NCBI GenBank assembly: GCA_040755995.1
Contig: JBFMAF010000029.1
Location: 1 to 64,000 of the forward strand
Source of the DNA: Acidobacteriota bacterium
GTDB lineage: Bacteria; Acidobacteriota; CAIWXX01
DNA length: 64,000 nt
Direction: 5' to 3'
The translations under genes were made by a program, and so were the position numbers. This document shows positions 10,037-19,117 of the stretch, one piece after another. Under the pieces are notes generated by a model. That model did not search any database. It was not told the DNA's origin and was given only the letters and a program-made list of their open reading frames with translations. Positions within the stretch are counted from its first letter, which is position 1; the number at the start of each line of letters is the position of its first letter.

Positions 10037-10555
10037 CTACGGCACCACCTGCCGCAGGGAGACCAGCATAGCGAGCAGGCCGAGTACGCCGAGCACGATG
10101 CCGGGGAATGCCAACTTCAAAGGGGAACGTTCGCCGGGGTTGACTCGCGACAGCTTCAGGGCTCGGAGACCGAAGGAGATCCCCAACACGGAGCCGATGC
10201 CCGCGAGCCAGAGGAGTGACAGCATGAGGCTTGCCATCGACAAACGACGGACCCTTCGGGAAATCTCGTCCTCGGCGGCCTCGACCACATCGCGCGCGGG
10301 GCCGGCCCACGCCGGATCACACCGGGGTTCGAGAAGCTCGCGCGCACAAGATGCATCCTCGGCCGCGACAAGGATCTCGATCGGGCCCACGACAGGATTC
10401 AGGCCACCGACCTGTCCGTGGCCAATCAGATTCTGGAGCTGGGCATTCCTCGTGACGAATTGAATTCCCGCATCGGCCAGCAAGCCCTCGACCACAGCAC
10501 ATTCGGATGGGTCCTGAGGAACCCAAATGGTGACAAGTTCATTCTCTGATGACGT
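10037..10555 (-). CDS. DUF2007-like domain plus C-terminal membrane segments; start codon apparently ACG
   Basis: VVEGLLADAGI..IEILVAAEDA..ARELL, then hydrophobic helices; GAAGGAG RBS followed by ACG at 10555. Confidence 0.6.
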   Translation of the reverse strand, partial: TSSENELVTIWVPQDPSECAVVEGLLADAGIQFVTRNAQLQNLIGHGQVGGLNPVVGPIEILVAAEDASCARELLEPRCDPAWAGPARDVVEAAEDEISRRVRRLSMASLMLSLLWLAGIGSVLGISFGLRALKLSRVNPGERSPLKLAFPGIVLGVLGLLAMLVSLRQVVP

Positions 10556-10707
10556 GGCGATCTCTCCTTCGACACCCACTCTATCAGGAACAGAGCCCTG
10601 GTTGCCATCAGTCGGGACCCCGAGCGCGCTGGGGTGAGATAGAGGCTGCCGGCAGCTTGCAGAGAATCGACTGGATGGTGTATACATACATCGTCGGAGG
10701 CGACGGC

Positions 10708-10962
10708 ATGGTTCGAACGCAGATCTACATTGATGAGGCGCAGAAGACGACGCTGGATCGGCTCAGCAGCGAACGGCACATGACCGTGTCGGATCTGGTC
10801 CGTCGGGCCATCGACGAGTTCATTGGTGGAAACGAGGTCCGCTTGCAGGAAGGGCTGAGGCGGAGTTTCGGGATTTGGAAGAACAGGCACGGGTTGGGCG
10901 AGACGGGCCGGTACGTGCGCGGGCTTCGTCGTCAATGGCGAACGCGCAAGTCACGGATGTGA
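10708..10962 (+). CDS. ribbon-helix-helix (CopG) antitoxin
   Basis: MVRTQIYIDE..VSDLVRRAIDEF..SFGIWK; GGAGG RBS. Confidence 0.85.
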   Translation: MVRTQIYIDEAQKTTLDRLSSERHMTVSDLVRRAIDEFIGGNEVRLQEGLRRSFGIWKNRHGLGETGRYVRGLRRQWRTRKSRM

Positions 10963-10965
10963 AAC

Positions 10966-11370
10966 ATGGAGCGCTGCCTGACTGACACGGATGTGCTCAT
11001 CGACCACCTGCGAGGATACGCCGAGGCACAGCGCTTCTTGAGCGAGGCCGCCGCCGGCAAGTACGTCCTGCACTACTCGGTTGTCAGCAAAGCCGAGATT
11101 TTGGCAGGCATGCGGAACGGCGAGGAAGAGGGTGTGAATCTGCTCTTCAGGGGAATGAACGAGGTGCCCGTCGACGGGCTTGTCGCGGAGATGGCAGGCG
11201 AGTACATGCGGCGCTATCGAAGATCTCACCGTCTCCTGCTGCCCGATGCACTGGTAGCTGCGTGTGCAAAGAGAATAGACGCTGCCCTCGCGACGCTGAA
11301 CAACAAACACTACCCGATGACCGATGTGCGCGTTCTGGTGCCATACGAGAGGCCGACGGGGCGCAAGTGA
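10966..11370 (+). CDS. vapC: VapC PIN toxin
   Basis: DTDVLIDHLRG..LPDALVAA..LATLNNKHYPM. Confidence 0.9.
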   Translation: MERCLTDTDVLIDHLRGYAEAQRFLSEAAAGKYVLHYSVVSKAEILAGMRNGEEEGVNLLFRGMNEVPVDGLVAEMAGEYMRRYRRSHRLLLPDALVAACAKRIDAALATLNNKHYPMTDVRVLVPYERPTGRK

Positions 11371-11546
11371 GGGATGCCGTTCTGGCGTGCTACCGTGCGG
11401 GTATCCTGATCTACTGGAAGATGCTTCATGCCTGTCACCACGCCTCCCGTCGAGGCTCTCCCGGCGGCGCCGTGGGCTTCGGCCAGAACGAAAACAGCCC
11501 GGCGGTGGGCGGCCGGGCAGAGGGGGCGGGATTCTTTGCAGGCTCT

Positions 11547-11829
11547 ACTAGGGATCGGAGTTGACTCCGGACTGATTGCCTTCCGGCGTTCCTGGGATGT
11601 GGAGCTGCTGGCCGTGGGCACGCCTGTGGTCTATGCATGCCGGATGTCCAGCCTCGCGGCTCCTGGCCAGACACTCCTGAATCAGCAGTTCTATCAGAAG
11701 CTTCAGGCCGAGACTCGGCGGACACGTAGGATTCGAGGGATTCGGAAGAAACTCAAGCGAGAGGGCGTTTTCACCTTCTACGGGCTGAGTCATGCCATGA
11801 CGAAGCGGTCACGATCGGGAACTACCTGA
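11547..11829 (+). pseudogene. class III nucleotidyl cyclase C-terminal fragment
   Basis: LGIGVDSG..AVGTPVVYACRMSSLAAPGQTLL. Confidence 0.55.
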
Positions 11830-11957
11830 TCACATGAGGGGGCGGTCGGTGCAGCGGTGCGCGACAATCAAGGTCGCGATCTCAGTCCCCGGAGTCGCGC
11901 CGATCTGCAACCAGCTGTACCCACCGGACTTGAATCCGAGGTCACGGGCGCGGTGTC

Positions 11958-12251
11958 TCAGGCGGTCTTTCTCAACACCTCTGCCATCGCATCGGCGATC
12001 ACTTTTTCGTCGACGCCTCGTCCTCTCAGGATTTCAGCGAACGCACCTATCTGGTCATGTTCGAGCCTGGCCAGGTCCTTGCGCAGACACTGCCCGATAT
12101 ACGTTCGAATGAGAGGCTGGTAGCCCGAGAATCCCAGACATGGAGCGACCATCTTCAGATCCTCGATCACATCCTCCGGCATGCGTATGCTGATCGTGAC
12201 CATGGGGCGGTTCCTGTCCAGGCGTTTCTTGATGCGATTAGTAGTGTTCAT
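11958..12251 (-). CDS. BrnA/CopG-like antitoxin
   Basis: RPMVTISIRMPEDVIEDLK..GFSGYQPLIRTYIGQ; overlaps the BrnT gene. Confidence 0.85.
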   Translation of the reverse strand: MNTTNRIKKRLDRNRPMVTISIRMPEDVIEDLKMVAPCLGFSGYQPLIRTYIGQCLRKDLARLEHDQIGAFAEILRGRGVDEKVIADAMAEVLRKTA

Positions 12252-12537
12252 AGGTCCTCCATTCGGACGGAGTAGCCGGTCTGGCCGAAATGATGCGAAT
12301 GACGTTCTCACTACGAACTAGTAGATGCACCACGACCAACAGCCGGCAATCATCGGTGAAGCCAATCGCTGCGTCCCGGCATTCCTCAGCATCAGTTGCG
12401 TCGAGAAGCCGCATGAATGGATCGAAAAACACCTCGGACGCTTTCTCGAAGGTGACATGATGTTTCGAGTGATTCAGGGCCGCTTTCTCGATGTCCCACT
12501 CGAATACCTGCCCATGCAATTCAAAGGTCAAGTCCAT
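12238..12537 (-). CDS. BrnT-family toxin
   Basis: FEWDIEKA..N..KH.V.FE.A.EVFFDP..IRIISARPAT. Confidence 0.9.
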   Translation of the reverse strand: MDLTFELHGQVFEWDIEKAALNHSKHHVTFEKASEVFFDPFMRLLDATDAEECRDAAIGFTDDCRLLVVVHLLVRSENVIRIISARPATPSEWRTYEHY

Positions 12538-12616
12538 CGAAAGTAGTGTATACACGATGTCCATACGTGTCAAGACCGCTCTTGGGCCCAGCGATGCAAC
12601 CGGGGAAGCAGACAAG

Positions 12617-12716
12617 CCTCGGTCTACGAAGCCTACGGCGTTTAGCTTCTTGATCTCGTTGCAGTACCTCACGCAGAGGCCGCAGTGGATGCAGAATGAT
12701 GGGTCTTTTTCGAAGC
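12617..12716 (-). pseudogene. ~100-bp internal fragment of bamI (third copy)
   Basis: [36 protein letters not shown] near-identical to 24401-24500 and 17312-17411. Confidence 0.95.
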
Positions 12717-12877
12717 TAGAGCGCCGTTCCACCGCGGACAGCAAACAGGCGCGAGATCTCGGGCTCGGCGAAGACGCCAACTACCGCGCGGGTCAGTACA
12801 AGGTCCTGCTCGACCTGCGGATCTGAAGTCCATGGCGCTTCAGCGCGCCACTCGGTGATGTAGTCGAGAGGGATCAT
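12716..12877 (-). pseudogene. AbiEii nucleotidyltransferase toxin, N-terminal fragment
   Basis: MIP.DYITEWR..APW..QVEQDLVL.RA..RGGTAL, then a stop at the junction with the bamI fragment. Confidence 0.85.
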
Positions 12878-13410
12878 AGGTCCCTCTCTGCTACGTCGTT
12901 CACGAAAAGCCGCCACCGGGAATCACGCCTGGCACGTGCGATGGATTTTCTCGGCCTGAGCGGCACGTATTCCTTGGCGCGGGCAGCGACAAGCTCGTGG
13001 AGCGGCGCCGCGAGGTCCGCGGCCTTCACGATGTCGAGCAGGTAGCCAAGGCGCTGGCTCCACGGGAGCGGTGAGTGGGTACTCGCCGCACGCAGCCTGA
13101 CAGCGTCCAAGCTCTCCGCCAACTCCGAGAGGATCGTCGCGACGTTGGAAAGGCCGCCTGCGTGGCCAGGATAGCCGACGAGGTCGAACGCAGTCGCCTC
13201 CGGCGTCGACACGCGCAGGAAACCCCGCAACGTGGTCTTCTGCACCGCTGGGATCTCGGCGACGTTATGGCGAGCGACGAAGGTGACGCGAACGCGGCCA
13301 CAGCGTATGTGCGGGCGGTTTTTCGCGACGACGACCTGGAAGACCATGGGCGCTTGATGAGCAGCGCCGTGCAGGCACGCAGCGGAGAGCAGGCCTGCGT
13401 AGTGGGACAG
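12874..13410 (-). pseudogene. AbiEi type IV antitoxin, 5'-truncated
   Basis: YAGLLSAA.LHGAAHQ.P.VFQV..VSTPEATAFDLV..GGLSNVATIL.EL..QRLGYLL. Confidence 0.8.
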
Positions 13411-13592
13411 CCGGCCGCGGCCTGGGCTCTCCCGGCCTTCCCTCAAGCGACAGGATGAGCCTCGTTTCCTCGCGGCATACGAACGCGCTGGCGCTCCGTG
13501 TCCACCCCGATCTCTGCGATCATTCATGTTTCATCCCGATGATGCTTCGTGTATATTTTGACGGATGCGCTTGGAGTGGGAGGTCGAAGCGT

Positions 13593-14180
13593 ATGGGGAC
13601 ACAACTGGCGGTGCTGGAACAGGCGGGCCCGAAGACGAAGTGGCATCCATCTTCATTGTGCGCGCCCGAGCTCGCACCACTCCAGGTGCACGTCACCGAA
13701 CGGGGCGTCTTGTTCGGCGGCGACTGCCTCGATATCCTCCCTCTGATCCGCGACGCTGCCATTGACACCGTCTTTGCCGATCCCCCCTTCAATCTATCCA
13801 AGAAGTACGGCGCTGGGGTCAACGACGATCTGCCTGAGACGGACTACGTGGAATGGTGCAAGCTGTGGCTGAACCACTGCCGCAGGGTCTTGAAACCGGG
13901 CGGTTCGCTCTTCGTCTACAACCTGCCAAAGTGGAACGTCATCATCGGGAACCACTTGAGTGAGCAGGGTATGCTCTTCCGTCACTGGATCGCCGTCAGC
14001 GTGAAGTTGAGTCTGCCTCTCCCCGGTCGGCTCTATCCATCCCATTACAGTCTCCTTTACTTCACCAAGGGGAAGCCGAAGACATTCCGTAGGGTGCGCA
14101 CGCCCATACTCACCTGCCGCCATTGCGGGGGAGAGATACGCGACTACGGCGGTCACAGGGACGCCATGAACCCGAAGGGT
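13593..14180 (+). pseudogene. N4-C/N6-A DNA methyltransferase (BamHI-like), C-terminally truncated
   Basis: GDCL..FADPPFN..RVLKPGGS..RLYPSHYSLLY..CRHCGGEIRDYGG..MNPKG; no FxGxG SAM-binding motif follows. Confidence 0.85.
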
Positions 14181-14447
14181 TGGAGTCGCCGACCGAGGGA
14201 GGAAGACTCGCGCGCCCAGCGCCGCACACGGCGCAGCGGGCGGGACTGGATCGGCCGCTCAGAACCTCCCCGACGGCTGATCGCCACCGGATTCCCATAA
14301 AGACCAAGGAGGACTCCGATACTGCATGGATGTGGTTAGGTGCTATTCCAGCTGCCGTTGCCTGGAAGGCGCATTCAGGGCCTTCGCGTGGCGAGATTGG
14401 ATCGAACGATGTTGCAGAACGCCATGGTGGTTGGTTAGACTATACGT

Positions 14448-15140
14448 ATGGAATTGAATGACGAGACCTTGCCCCGCAGTCCACTGCAGTTGATGGTTGC
14501 GGCTGAACTCAAGCTTCTCTCCGATCTCGTTCCAGAGCGGCGAGAGGCACTGTGGGGAGTCTTACGGGACTTCGTCCCGAGCACTACATGGATACTCGAA
14601 GTGGAAGTCAATCGCTTGGCCGAGATGGCGGGGGTCGACCCGAGAGCCGTTCAAGCGGCGATGAGGCTCATCCGCAGCCTACCCGATGCGATCGAACAGG
14701 GGAAGCGTGACCCGAGTCAAATCGTGGCGAATACTGAGGCTTTCCTGCAATCCGCCGGGTTCAAGTCCACGGATATCTCCCTCGTACGCGATATCTTTGC
14801 GGCCTGTAAGGTACTGATACCTAGATTCGTCCGTATCGAAGAGATCGAGAAAGCCCTACCATGCTTCCGCACCTGTCATGTTGCATGCGATATCCGGTTA
14901 CTCCAGCAAACGGGCGACCCGAAAGGGCGTTATGGAACGGTCGCGATCGTGCGACTCGGGCTGGACGAGGGGCCGCTTGCCGGCTTTCAGTGCACCCGCG
15001 AATCGCTCGGTCTGCTGGTTGAGTGTCTTCGGAATGGTTTGAACACATTGACGGAGCTTGAGAGGGTTTTCGAGGCATTTGGAACGCGGTCGGTCGGGGC
15101 GAAGGATGAATCAACAGATCGCTCGTCGACAGAATCCTAG
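14448..15140 (+). CDS. hypothetical protein, candidate prokaryotic COMMD-like
   Basis: Helical N-terminal domain, then LP.F......DIR..TVAIVRL.LD.....FQ.TRESL..LV..L...L..L (three strands plus a long helix, COMM-domain-like). Confidence 0.6.
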   Translation: MELNDETLPRSPLQLMVAAELKLLSDLVPERREALWGVLRDFVPSTTWILEVEVNRLAEMAGVDPRAVQAAMRLIRSLPDAIEQGKRDPSQIVANTEAFLQSAGFKSTDISLVRDIFAACKVLIPRFVRIEEIEKALPCFRTCHVACDIRLLQQTGDPKGRYGTVAIVRLGLDEGPLAGFQCTRESLGLLVECLRNGLNTLTELERVFEAFGTRSVGAKDESTDRSSTES

Positions 15141-16221
15141 TAGGATGTGCTGGCGCTCCGGCAATGCCGAGCCACTCCGTCTGGGGTTGCCTGAGCTGGA
15201 TGAGCCTCCGAAGTGGCAATCGTGGGTTCCGCGTGCGTGCCGTGGAGAACTGGAGCACGGCGCCGTGGACGCCCCACCGAAGTCTAACGAATGGACTGGC
15301 CAACTCCTGCCCCTTAGGGAAAAGGGGCGTAGGGATTTGTGGGCGCATCTTATGACTTTTGTCGAATCGCTTACAGAGGCGGCTCCGGATGGAACGGGCG
15401 AGGCAGAAGAGGCAGATCGGCTTGTGCAGGATGGTCTTCTATGTGGGCGGATGGCTGCGAGTCGGCGAACGGCTGCGCGCCGCCTGGAACTTGCCATAAG
15501 GTCGAGGGCCTCCACGGCATCTCTTTGGCTGCACGCCTGCGCGCGATTGCGGGCCGATGAGGCGGCACCGTTCGTCGTCGAGGCGCTCCAGTCGCCTTGG
15601 TCTCGTGAGGTGCTTTCTGCTGCGGTCGACGCCGCGAGAGCTGTGATTCGTCACCCCGGAACGGCGTCAATGATAGCCCCTCTCTTGTGCAGGCGGGGTG
15701 AAGACCTACTCGGCGAAGCCCCTTTTGTTGCGGCGCGAGCCTTGATGGGCGCGATTATGCTCGCTGGAGAAGCGGGGTGGCCTTGGTTGGTTCAGCGGTT
15801 CGCCGCTTGGCCGCCACGACACCTCCAACCCGCCATGAGAATCGTGTCGCATCAACTCGCCCAGCGCCACCCGTATGAGCGGGGGAGCCTTCCGAATGCA
15901 AGTAGCCTGCGAGCAGAGGCCATCGCCTTGGAGGACCGTCTCAGGGGTCAGCCACAGGAAGAAGTCCGATTCGTTCGAGCTGACCTGCTGGAATTGGTCG
16001 CACTTCTTGGGCCAGGGGGAGCACTGGATGAAGTTGTTGATCGTTTGATAGGCGCGCATAGCACTGGGGACATGGTAGTACGGGCCGGCGCGGCCGCGGC
16101 GATGCGGCGATTGGGTCGCGAGCTGCCGGTTTCGATCGAACTTGTGATGCGTCATGAGGGGGGTCAGCAGCTGATGCGAGACGCGCTCTCAATGACGAGC
16201 CTGTCGCAGGCCAAGCAGTGA
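15106..16221 (+). CDS. all-helical HEAT/ARM-repeat-like protein
   Basis: Ala/Leu/Arg-rich amphipathic helices such as VVRAGAAAAMRRLG; overlaps both neighbours; start uncertain (15106 or 15145). Confidence 0.6.
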   Translation: MNQQIARRQNPSRMCWRSGNAEPLRLGLPELDEPPKWQSWVPRACRGELEHGAVDAPPKSNEWTGQLLPLREKGRRDLWAHLMTFVESLTEAAPDGTGEAEEADRLVQDGLLCGRMAASRRTAARRLELAIRSRASTASLWLHACARLRADEAAPFVVEALQSPWSREVLSAAVDAARAVIRHPGTASMIAPLLCRRGEDLLGEAPFVAARALMGAIMLAGEAGWPWLVQRFAAWPPRHLQPAMRIVSHQLAQRHPYERGSLPNASSLRAEAIALEDRLRGQPQEEVRFVRADLLELVALLGPGGALDEVVDRLIGAHSTGDMVVRAGAAAAMRRLGRELPVSIELVMRHEGGQQLMRDALSMTSLSQAKQ

Positions 16222-16874
16222 TTTGGCCGTCAGCCTCTCTGCACGAGACACCGATCAACCTCATAAGGGAGGGTTCGGTCGTCTTTCACATCGATGGCTT
16301 GGTCCAACATGTCGGCATAGCGGCGTTGTCTGCACTTCATGGGACTGAAATCCCGGTCTACGGAGCATCCCACAGAGACACGTTTCGGGAACACTGGGAC
16401 GGGAATAGGGATCCCTGGAAGGTCAGTGTCATAGGGTGGGCGGCGCGGGAGGATGGCGATCTGCTTAAGGCGCTGGTGTTGAAGGAGTGCGACCGCCTGC
16501 AGTCTCTAGTGATCGATGCTGGGTATAGATCGGAAGAACCCTGCCACTGGCAGATATGGCCGTGCTATAGGTTGGTCGAGGATTCCGACACAGCTACGGT
16601 GGTGTTTACGGGCTCATGTGCGGGTTTCGTCGAACACTGTTTTGAAAAGGCCGGCGTGGATCTCGTAGATGAGCGAGAGCTTCCCCTGACGCCTTGCGCA
16701 GATGGCGAACCAAGTTGCGTTCAGGTTCAATACCGGAAAGCGGGCGGTACGATCCGACGGCTCTACCCCTCCTACCAGATTCGTGCATTCCAGCTCGACG
16801 AATTCCCTTGGCAGCCCGATGAGCGATACAGGTGCTATCCTGAGCACTTCTACGAACAACCCACTCGTCCCTGA
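16218..16874 (+). CDS. candidate permuted papain-like (NlpC/P60, YiiX-like) amidase/peptidase
   Basis: GSVVF..QHVGI near the N-terminus and SCAGFVEHCFEKAGVDL later (His before Cys); GTGA coupling to the upstream gene. Confidence 0.6.
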   Translation: MIWPSASLHETPINLIREGSVVFHIDGLVQHVGIAALSALHGTEIPVYGASHRDTFREHWDGNRDPWKVSVIGWAAREDGDLLKALVLKECDRLQSLVIDAGYRSEEPCHWQIWPCYRLVEDSDTATVVFTGSCAGFVEHCFEKAGVDLVDERELPLTPCADGEPSCVQVQYRKAGGTIRRLYPSYQIRAFQLDEFPWQPDERYRCYPEHFYEQPTRP

Positions 16875-17136
16875 GCCTGCCCTTGGCACGGACTTCTGTC
16901 CTTCAGAAGCATGAGCATGTCTGGCCGTCAGAAGCGCAGAGGCCCCATGCACCTCAGCGATTCTGCGACGAGTCGAGCAAGTCGATGGCCCTGTGCTTGC
17001 AGAGCGACCGCGTGAACGCCGCTCCGCGCTCGATCCACGGCACCCTCCTACTAGCAAGTGCGCGGGTCGGGATGGGTAAGCTGTCTTGTCCTCGCGCGCT
17101 TCACGGCCGGTGAAGATAATGGTTGAGGGTAGCGGG

Positions 17137-17760
17137 TCAGGAGCGTGTCTTGGCTGACGCCGCCCTTGGAGCGGCCCGTGGAAAGGCGATGGCTTCAACT
17201 AGCACGAAGGCGGCTTGGAGGTAGGACGTGGGGCAGAGGGGGAAGCATTCTTTGCAGTTGTTGCATTCCTTCGAGGCTATCTCGGGGACGAAGCTGATCT
17301 CTTTTTTTATTCCTCGGTCGACGAAGCCTACGGCGTTTAGCTTCTTGACTTCGTTGCAGTACCTCACGCAGAGGCCGCAGTGAATGCAGAATGAGGGGTC
17401 TTTTTCGAAGCGGTCGCGGTCGGCGCCGTATTGTGCGGCCAGATCAACCAGCTGAGGCGAGTCCGGGGCATGGGCTAGTAGCAGCTCCAGCACGGTCTTG
17501 CGAATCCGGTCGACGCGGTCGGACCTCGTCCTGATGTTGAGGTCTGCCTCTACCGGGTGAACACAAGAGGCCACTAGCTTGGTCTGGCCGCGGGATTCCG
17601 CTTCTACGATGCAGATCCTGCAGCCGCCGTAGGGTTCCAGTTTGTCATGGTGACAGAGCGTGGGTATGGATATGTGCGCGCTCCTGGCGGCGTCCAGGAC
17701 GGTCATCCCTTCGGTTGCCCGGATTTCCTTGCCATCAATCCGCAGATGGACGTCGCTCAT
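17137..17760 (-). CDS. bamI: second, intact copy of BamI (2Fe-2S/4Fe-4S protein)
   Basis: 207 aa; 22 substitutions by my count versus 24226-24849; all Cys motifs retained. Confidence 0.9.
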   Translation of the reverse strand: MSDVHLRIDGKEIRATEGMTVLDAARSAHISIPTLCHHDKLEPYGGCRICIVEAESRGQTKLVASCVHPVEADLNIRTRSDRVDRIRKTVLELLLAHAPDSPQLVDLAAQYGADRDRFEKDPSFCIHCGLCVRYCNEVKKLNAVGFVDRGIKKEISFVPEIASKECNNCKECFPLCPTSYLQAAFVLVEAIAFPRAAPRAASAKTRS

Positions 17761-18527
17761 CTTCCTTGCTCTTTCTGAGGATCATTCTCTTGTCTTCGGG
17801 GATCGGAGGCGGGACGGGGACTCCCGAGATCTTCTTCACGGCGGCGAAGCGCGGCGGACAGACCTCGATGCAGGTTCCGCAATTGGTGCATTTCTCCTGG
17901 TCGATTACGTGGATCTTGTTCTTCGCGCCGTCGATTGCGTTCGTTGGGCACTTGCGCAGGCAGATCAGACATGCTTTGCACTTTTCTGGATCGATGTAGT
18001 ACGCGATCAGATCTTTGCTGGAGAGGGCGGGGCATCGCTTCTCCTTGATATGCGCTTCGTACTCGTCTCTGAAGTAGCGCAGCGTGCTCAAGAACGGGTT
18101 CGGAGCAGCCACCTCGGCACGCACGGCAATAGGGTGACTCTCGCTCACGAATAGAGGGACACTCTGGGAACACGATTTGGCACGAGCCATCACAGCCCCG
18201 CTGCCCGCAACGTCTTGATCCCAAGCGGGCCTGTCCACCGTTTCTCTCGCGCCACGGCGCGGCGCGGTATGCAATCAGCCACCTTTCCCGATATCCGTCT
18301 GGCTCTCTTCTCGTGAGCATCCCCCTGGCATTTCTGGTGAGCGTCGAACGGCTTGCCCTGCGCGCAGAGTGAAGCTGCCGAGGCCGTCTCCGACAAAGGA
18401 TCCGTGGTCTCCATCTCGCCCCCCTCGCCTTCCCCCTGGTGATTCCCTCTGTGCATCATCTGCCTCAGGCCTTCCCGGCCTGGGACGCATTTCCCGCATG
18501 ATTCCTCCGTGAGGAATTCGATGAAGT
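17735..18527 (-). pseudogene. 3' portion of a second bamH, split by a ~240-bp insert and partly frameshifted
   Basis: 17735-18108 matches 24824-25197; ~18350-18527 is a degraded match to 25200-25380 (FLTEESCGKCVP). Confidence 0.9.
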
Positions 18528-19060
18528 GTGTCCCTCCGGCGAGACTGCGCCGATGATGGTGCCCGGCCGAAGGCCGGTCGGCTGGCGGAGTGGCGGTTCG
18601 GCCTTCATGATTGCTGGGGGTGGACGGGGCCAAACGGCGCGACGGCTCTCGGAGTGATCAGGCGGCTTTCAGGGCTGGTAGCTCCGCCAGCGTTTGGCGG
18701 TAGTTCCAGGGAAGCCAGGCGGAGGGGTTCTTCCTGAGGGCGTATTCATGGCGCTGAAGTTCGGTGAGGTAGTCGAACGGGTTGACGCCGGAACGGGTGG
18801 CAGTGTGAATCAGTGTCATCAGGACGTCGCCCACGGCCGCTCCGTGGCTGTTCTTGTAGAACATTGAGGCCTTGCGATGCAGCACACACCTCTTGATGAG
18901 CTGCTCGCAGAGGTCGTTGCTCATCGGGGCACTGGGAATCTTGGTGAAGCTAGTGAGTTCGGTCCAGTGTCTATGCAGGTAGGCGATCGCCTTGCCCAGA
19001 CCGCTGTTGGGCTCGGCTTTCTTGGTCTCGATGAGATCGGTGGCCCAGCGCTTAAGTGCC
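18528..19060 (-). mobile_element. IS66-family remnant (transposase C-terminus and probable element end)
   Basis: EPNSGLGKAIAYL..HW.EL..F..P..PMSND.CE..IK..VL.RK.S.FYK..GA..GD..MTLI.T....VNPFDYL..WLPWNY (stop 18658); GTGTCCCTCCGG at 18528 abuts the bamH fragment. Confidence 0.85.
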
Positions 19061-19117
19061 TTTCGTGCCTATCATGGTATCGGCAGTGTGCATGCAACTG
19101 ATGCCAAGGAGCCAATC

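Noticed and set aside
11450..11546. Possible MITE/IS end next to the cyclase fragment
   Set aside because: I could not identify matching terminal inverted repeats or a target duplication.
12238..12780. Apparent ferredoxin-BrnT fusion
   Set aside because: The FeS motif is the stray bamI fragment that happens to be in frame; BrnT has its own ATG at 12537.
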